A DNA stretch of 64,000 bases, taken from Octopus sinensis (taxonomy: Eukaryota). The DNA lies in NCBI RefSeq assembly GCF_006345805.1, contig NC_042997.1, positions 14,818,001 through 14,882,000 of the forward strand, read 5' to 3'. The position numbers were made by a program, and so were the translations under genes. This document shows positions 61,725-64,000 of the stretch, one piece after another. The notes under the pieces are model-generated. The model was not told the DNA's origin and did not search any database. It was given only the letters and a program-made list of their open reading frames with translations. Within the stretch, counting starts at the first letter, position 1, and each line of letters opens with the position of its first letter.

Positions 61725-61769
61725 TATATATACACACACACACATATATATGTATAGTCCCACCCATAC

Positions 61770-61955
61770 CAGCATGGAAAGCACGCCGGGTGAAATGCTT
61801 AGCCAGTCTTTACGTTCCGAGTTCAATTTCTGCTGAGGTCGACTTTGCCTTTCATCCTTTTGGGCTCAATAAATTAAGTACCAGTTGCATACTGGGGTCA
61901 ATCTAATTGACTGGCCCCTCTCTCCCCAAATTTCGGGCCTTGTGCCTAGATTAGA
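61770..61955 (+). mobile_element. Meta-like SINE
   Basis: gaggtcgactttgcctttcatccttt core. Confidence 0.75.
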
Positions 61956-61976
61956 AAAGGATATATACATACACAC

Positions 61977-62160
61977 GTGGAGGTGCAATGGCCCAGTGGT
62001 TAGGGCAGCGGACTTGCGGTCATAGGATCGCGGTAACGATTCCCAAACCAGGAGTTGTGAGTGTTTATTGAGTGAAAACACCTAAAGCTCCACAAGGTTC
62101 CAACAGGGGATGGTGACGATCCCTGCTGTACTCTTTCGCCACAACTTTCTCTTGCTCTTT
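61977..62160 (+). mobile_element. Truncated tRNA(Arg-like)-head SINE (family of 58079-58462)
   Basis: Direct similarity. Confidence 0.8.
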
Positions 62161-62221
62161 CTTCACACACACATGCATAGACATATATTTATATCAATAT
62201 CTATCTATCTATCTATCTATC

Positions 62222-62252
<31 letters not shown>

Positions 62253-62537
62253 TATATATTCACTTATTAACTATTTTTCCATCTTTCTCTTCTTTTCCCT
62301 CCCACTGTACTATGCTTAGTGTAACTAAGAATGGTAGTAAATCACTTCTCCTCACTGTACCATGCATCCAGTGTAACTAAAGACATCAGTAATCCTATCG
62401 GACTCTCTCATCTCGCCAACACTCAACTTTTCCCTCTTATCCTTATCACCTTAATACTGTTGTCCATATTGCAGCATTTGTATAAGGAATCACACTAGAT
62501 CTAAACATATCCCTTACACTTCTATCTTCACACTTCG

Positions 62538-62588
<51 letters not shown>

Positions 62589-62603
62589 CACACACACATA
62601 CAG

Positions 62604-62642
<39 letters not shown>

Positions 62643-63171
62643 ATATATATATATATTAATTTAACAGTTAAGAACTTCTAAGCTACAACAGAAACAAACA
62701 ATATTTTTACGGCGTAGTGTTTTGTTATTGTTTTGTTTTTGGCTTTTTTTTTCATTGCTAAGTACTACAGACCATTTCTTATCTCAAAGAGACATTCATA
62801 TTAAAAGACAAAGTCTTCTAAGCAGATATAGAAAATACAAGAGTCCTTCTAGTTGACTTCAGCTCAAGCACTGTTGTCACACCAATGATATTTTCTATAG
62901 TACTTCAAAAAACATTTTCACTAATTATTTTTTATTTTTTCATTTATTTCTTTTTCCTTTTTTTTTTTCCGGTACATTTTGTATTGGTTCATTACATATC
63001 GGTAAACCATAACTAAACAGGCTGAAACTTCTTGTGGTATATGTAAAATTCTAGTCGATTTATTGAAGTTGATTTAACCTAATTACTTGATTTGCCAATT
63101 ACATTTTATATAGTTAATTACAAATATATAAGAAAAATAGACAAAGAAATTTTTGTGGGTTTTTTAATTAA

Positions 63172-63570
63172 TGTGTGGTAAGTAGCTTGCTTACCAACCA
63201 CATTGTTCCGGGTTCAGTCCCACTGCGTGGCACCTTGGGCAAGTGTCTTCTGCTATAGCCTCAGGCCGACCAAAGCCTTGTGAGTGGATTTGGTAGACGG
63301 AAACTGAAAGAAGCCCATCGTATATATGTATATATATATATATGTGTGTGTGTGTGTTTGTGTGTCTGTGATTGTCTCCCTAGCATTGCTTGACAACCGA
63401 TGCTGGTGTGTTTATGTCCCCGTTTCTTAGCGGTTCGGCAAAAGAGACCGATAGAATAAGTACTGGGCTTACAAAAGAATGAGTCCCGGGGTCTAGTTGC
63501 TTGATTTAAGGCGGTGCTCCAGCATGGCCGCAGTCAAATGACTGAAACAAGTAAAAGAGTCAAAGAGAGT
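63172..63570 (+). mobile_element. Full-length young CORE-type SINE with internal (TA)/(TG) tract
   Basis: tRNA-like head, caccttgggcaagtg CORE-like block, tail ggtgctccagcatggccgcagtcaaatgactgaaac. Confidence 0.9.
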
Positions 63571-63738
63571 AGCAATGAATGATTCTTTACTTCAATAATT
63601 CAGCATCCACATGCAAGCTTAAGACAAACACAAAAAAAATAAACAATATCAGACATTAAGGCTTCGTTAGTTCCCAGTGTCAATATGGTTATTGTTATAG
63701 TGATGAAGTTGTCTGGAATACTAGAATAGACAATAAAA

Positions 63739-64000
63739 TCATCATCATCATCGTTTAACGTCCGTTTTCCATGCTAGCATGGGTTGGATGGTTCGACCGG
63801 GGTCTGGGAAGCCAGGAGGCTGCACCAGGCTCCAGTCTGATCTGGCAGTGTTTCTACAGCTGGATGCCCTTCCTAACGCCAACCACTCCGTGAGTGTAGT
63901 GGGTGCATTTTACATGCCACCGGCACAGGTGCCAGGGGATGCTGGCATCGGCCACACTCGGATGGTGCTTTTTACATGCCACCGGCACAGGCATTACAAT
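63739..64000 (-). mobile_element. RTE 3'UTR copy (runs off the window)
   Basis: (cat)n-cgtttaacgtcc... Confidence 0.85.

Overview
AT-rich eukaryotic DNA packed with microsatellites and transposons. The repeat families resemble those of Octopus (coleoid cephalopod); the species is an inference. No complete protein-coding gene is recognisable. A tentative spliced gene lies on the minus strand: frame-consistent exons at 2240-2312, 1379-1489, 793-806 and 52-170, with possible 5' exons in a CpG-richer region at 26.5-29.3 kb. Most of the window would then be intronic or upstream sequence. It contains a degenerate Tx1/L1 LINE, a young 5'-truncated RTE LINE with a 12-bp TSD, CR1-type 3' ends, a near-complete mariner, a decayed mariner and a Tc1 carrying three nested insertions. 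There are also two non-autonomous Helitron families, piggyBac/hAT/Merlin-type MITEs, several tRNA-derived SINE families and several long fold-back hairpins. The most striking signal is a set of four unrelated short Penelope-like (PLE) remnants that each carry a minimal type-I hammerhead architecture with a palindromic helix III. Their core 3:8 pair covaries (G3:C8, C3:G8, U3:A8) and each has an extra purine after A9. The G3:C8 copy at 10475-10524 looks intact and sits in a 160-bp-arm inverted repeat whose antisense arm is transcribed first in either direction. The class is known (PLE dimeric hammerheads); these variants and arrangements may not be described. All calls were made by eye, without database searches.
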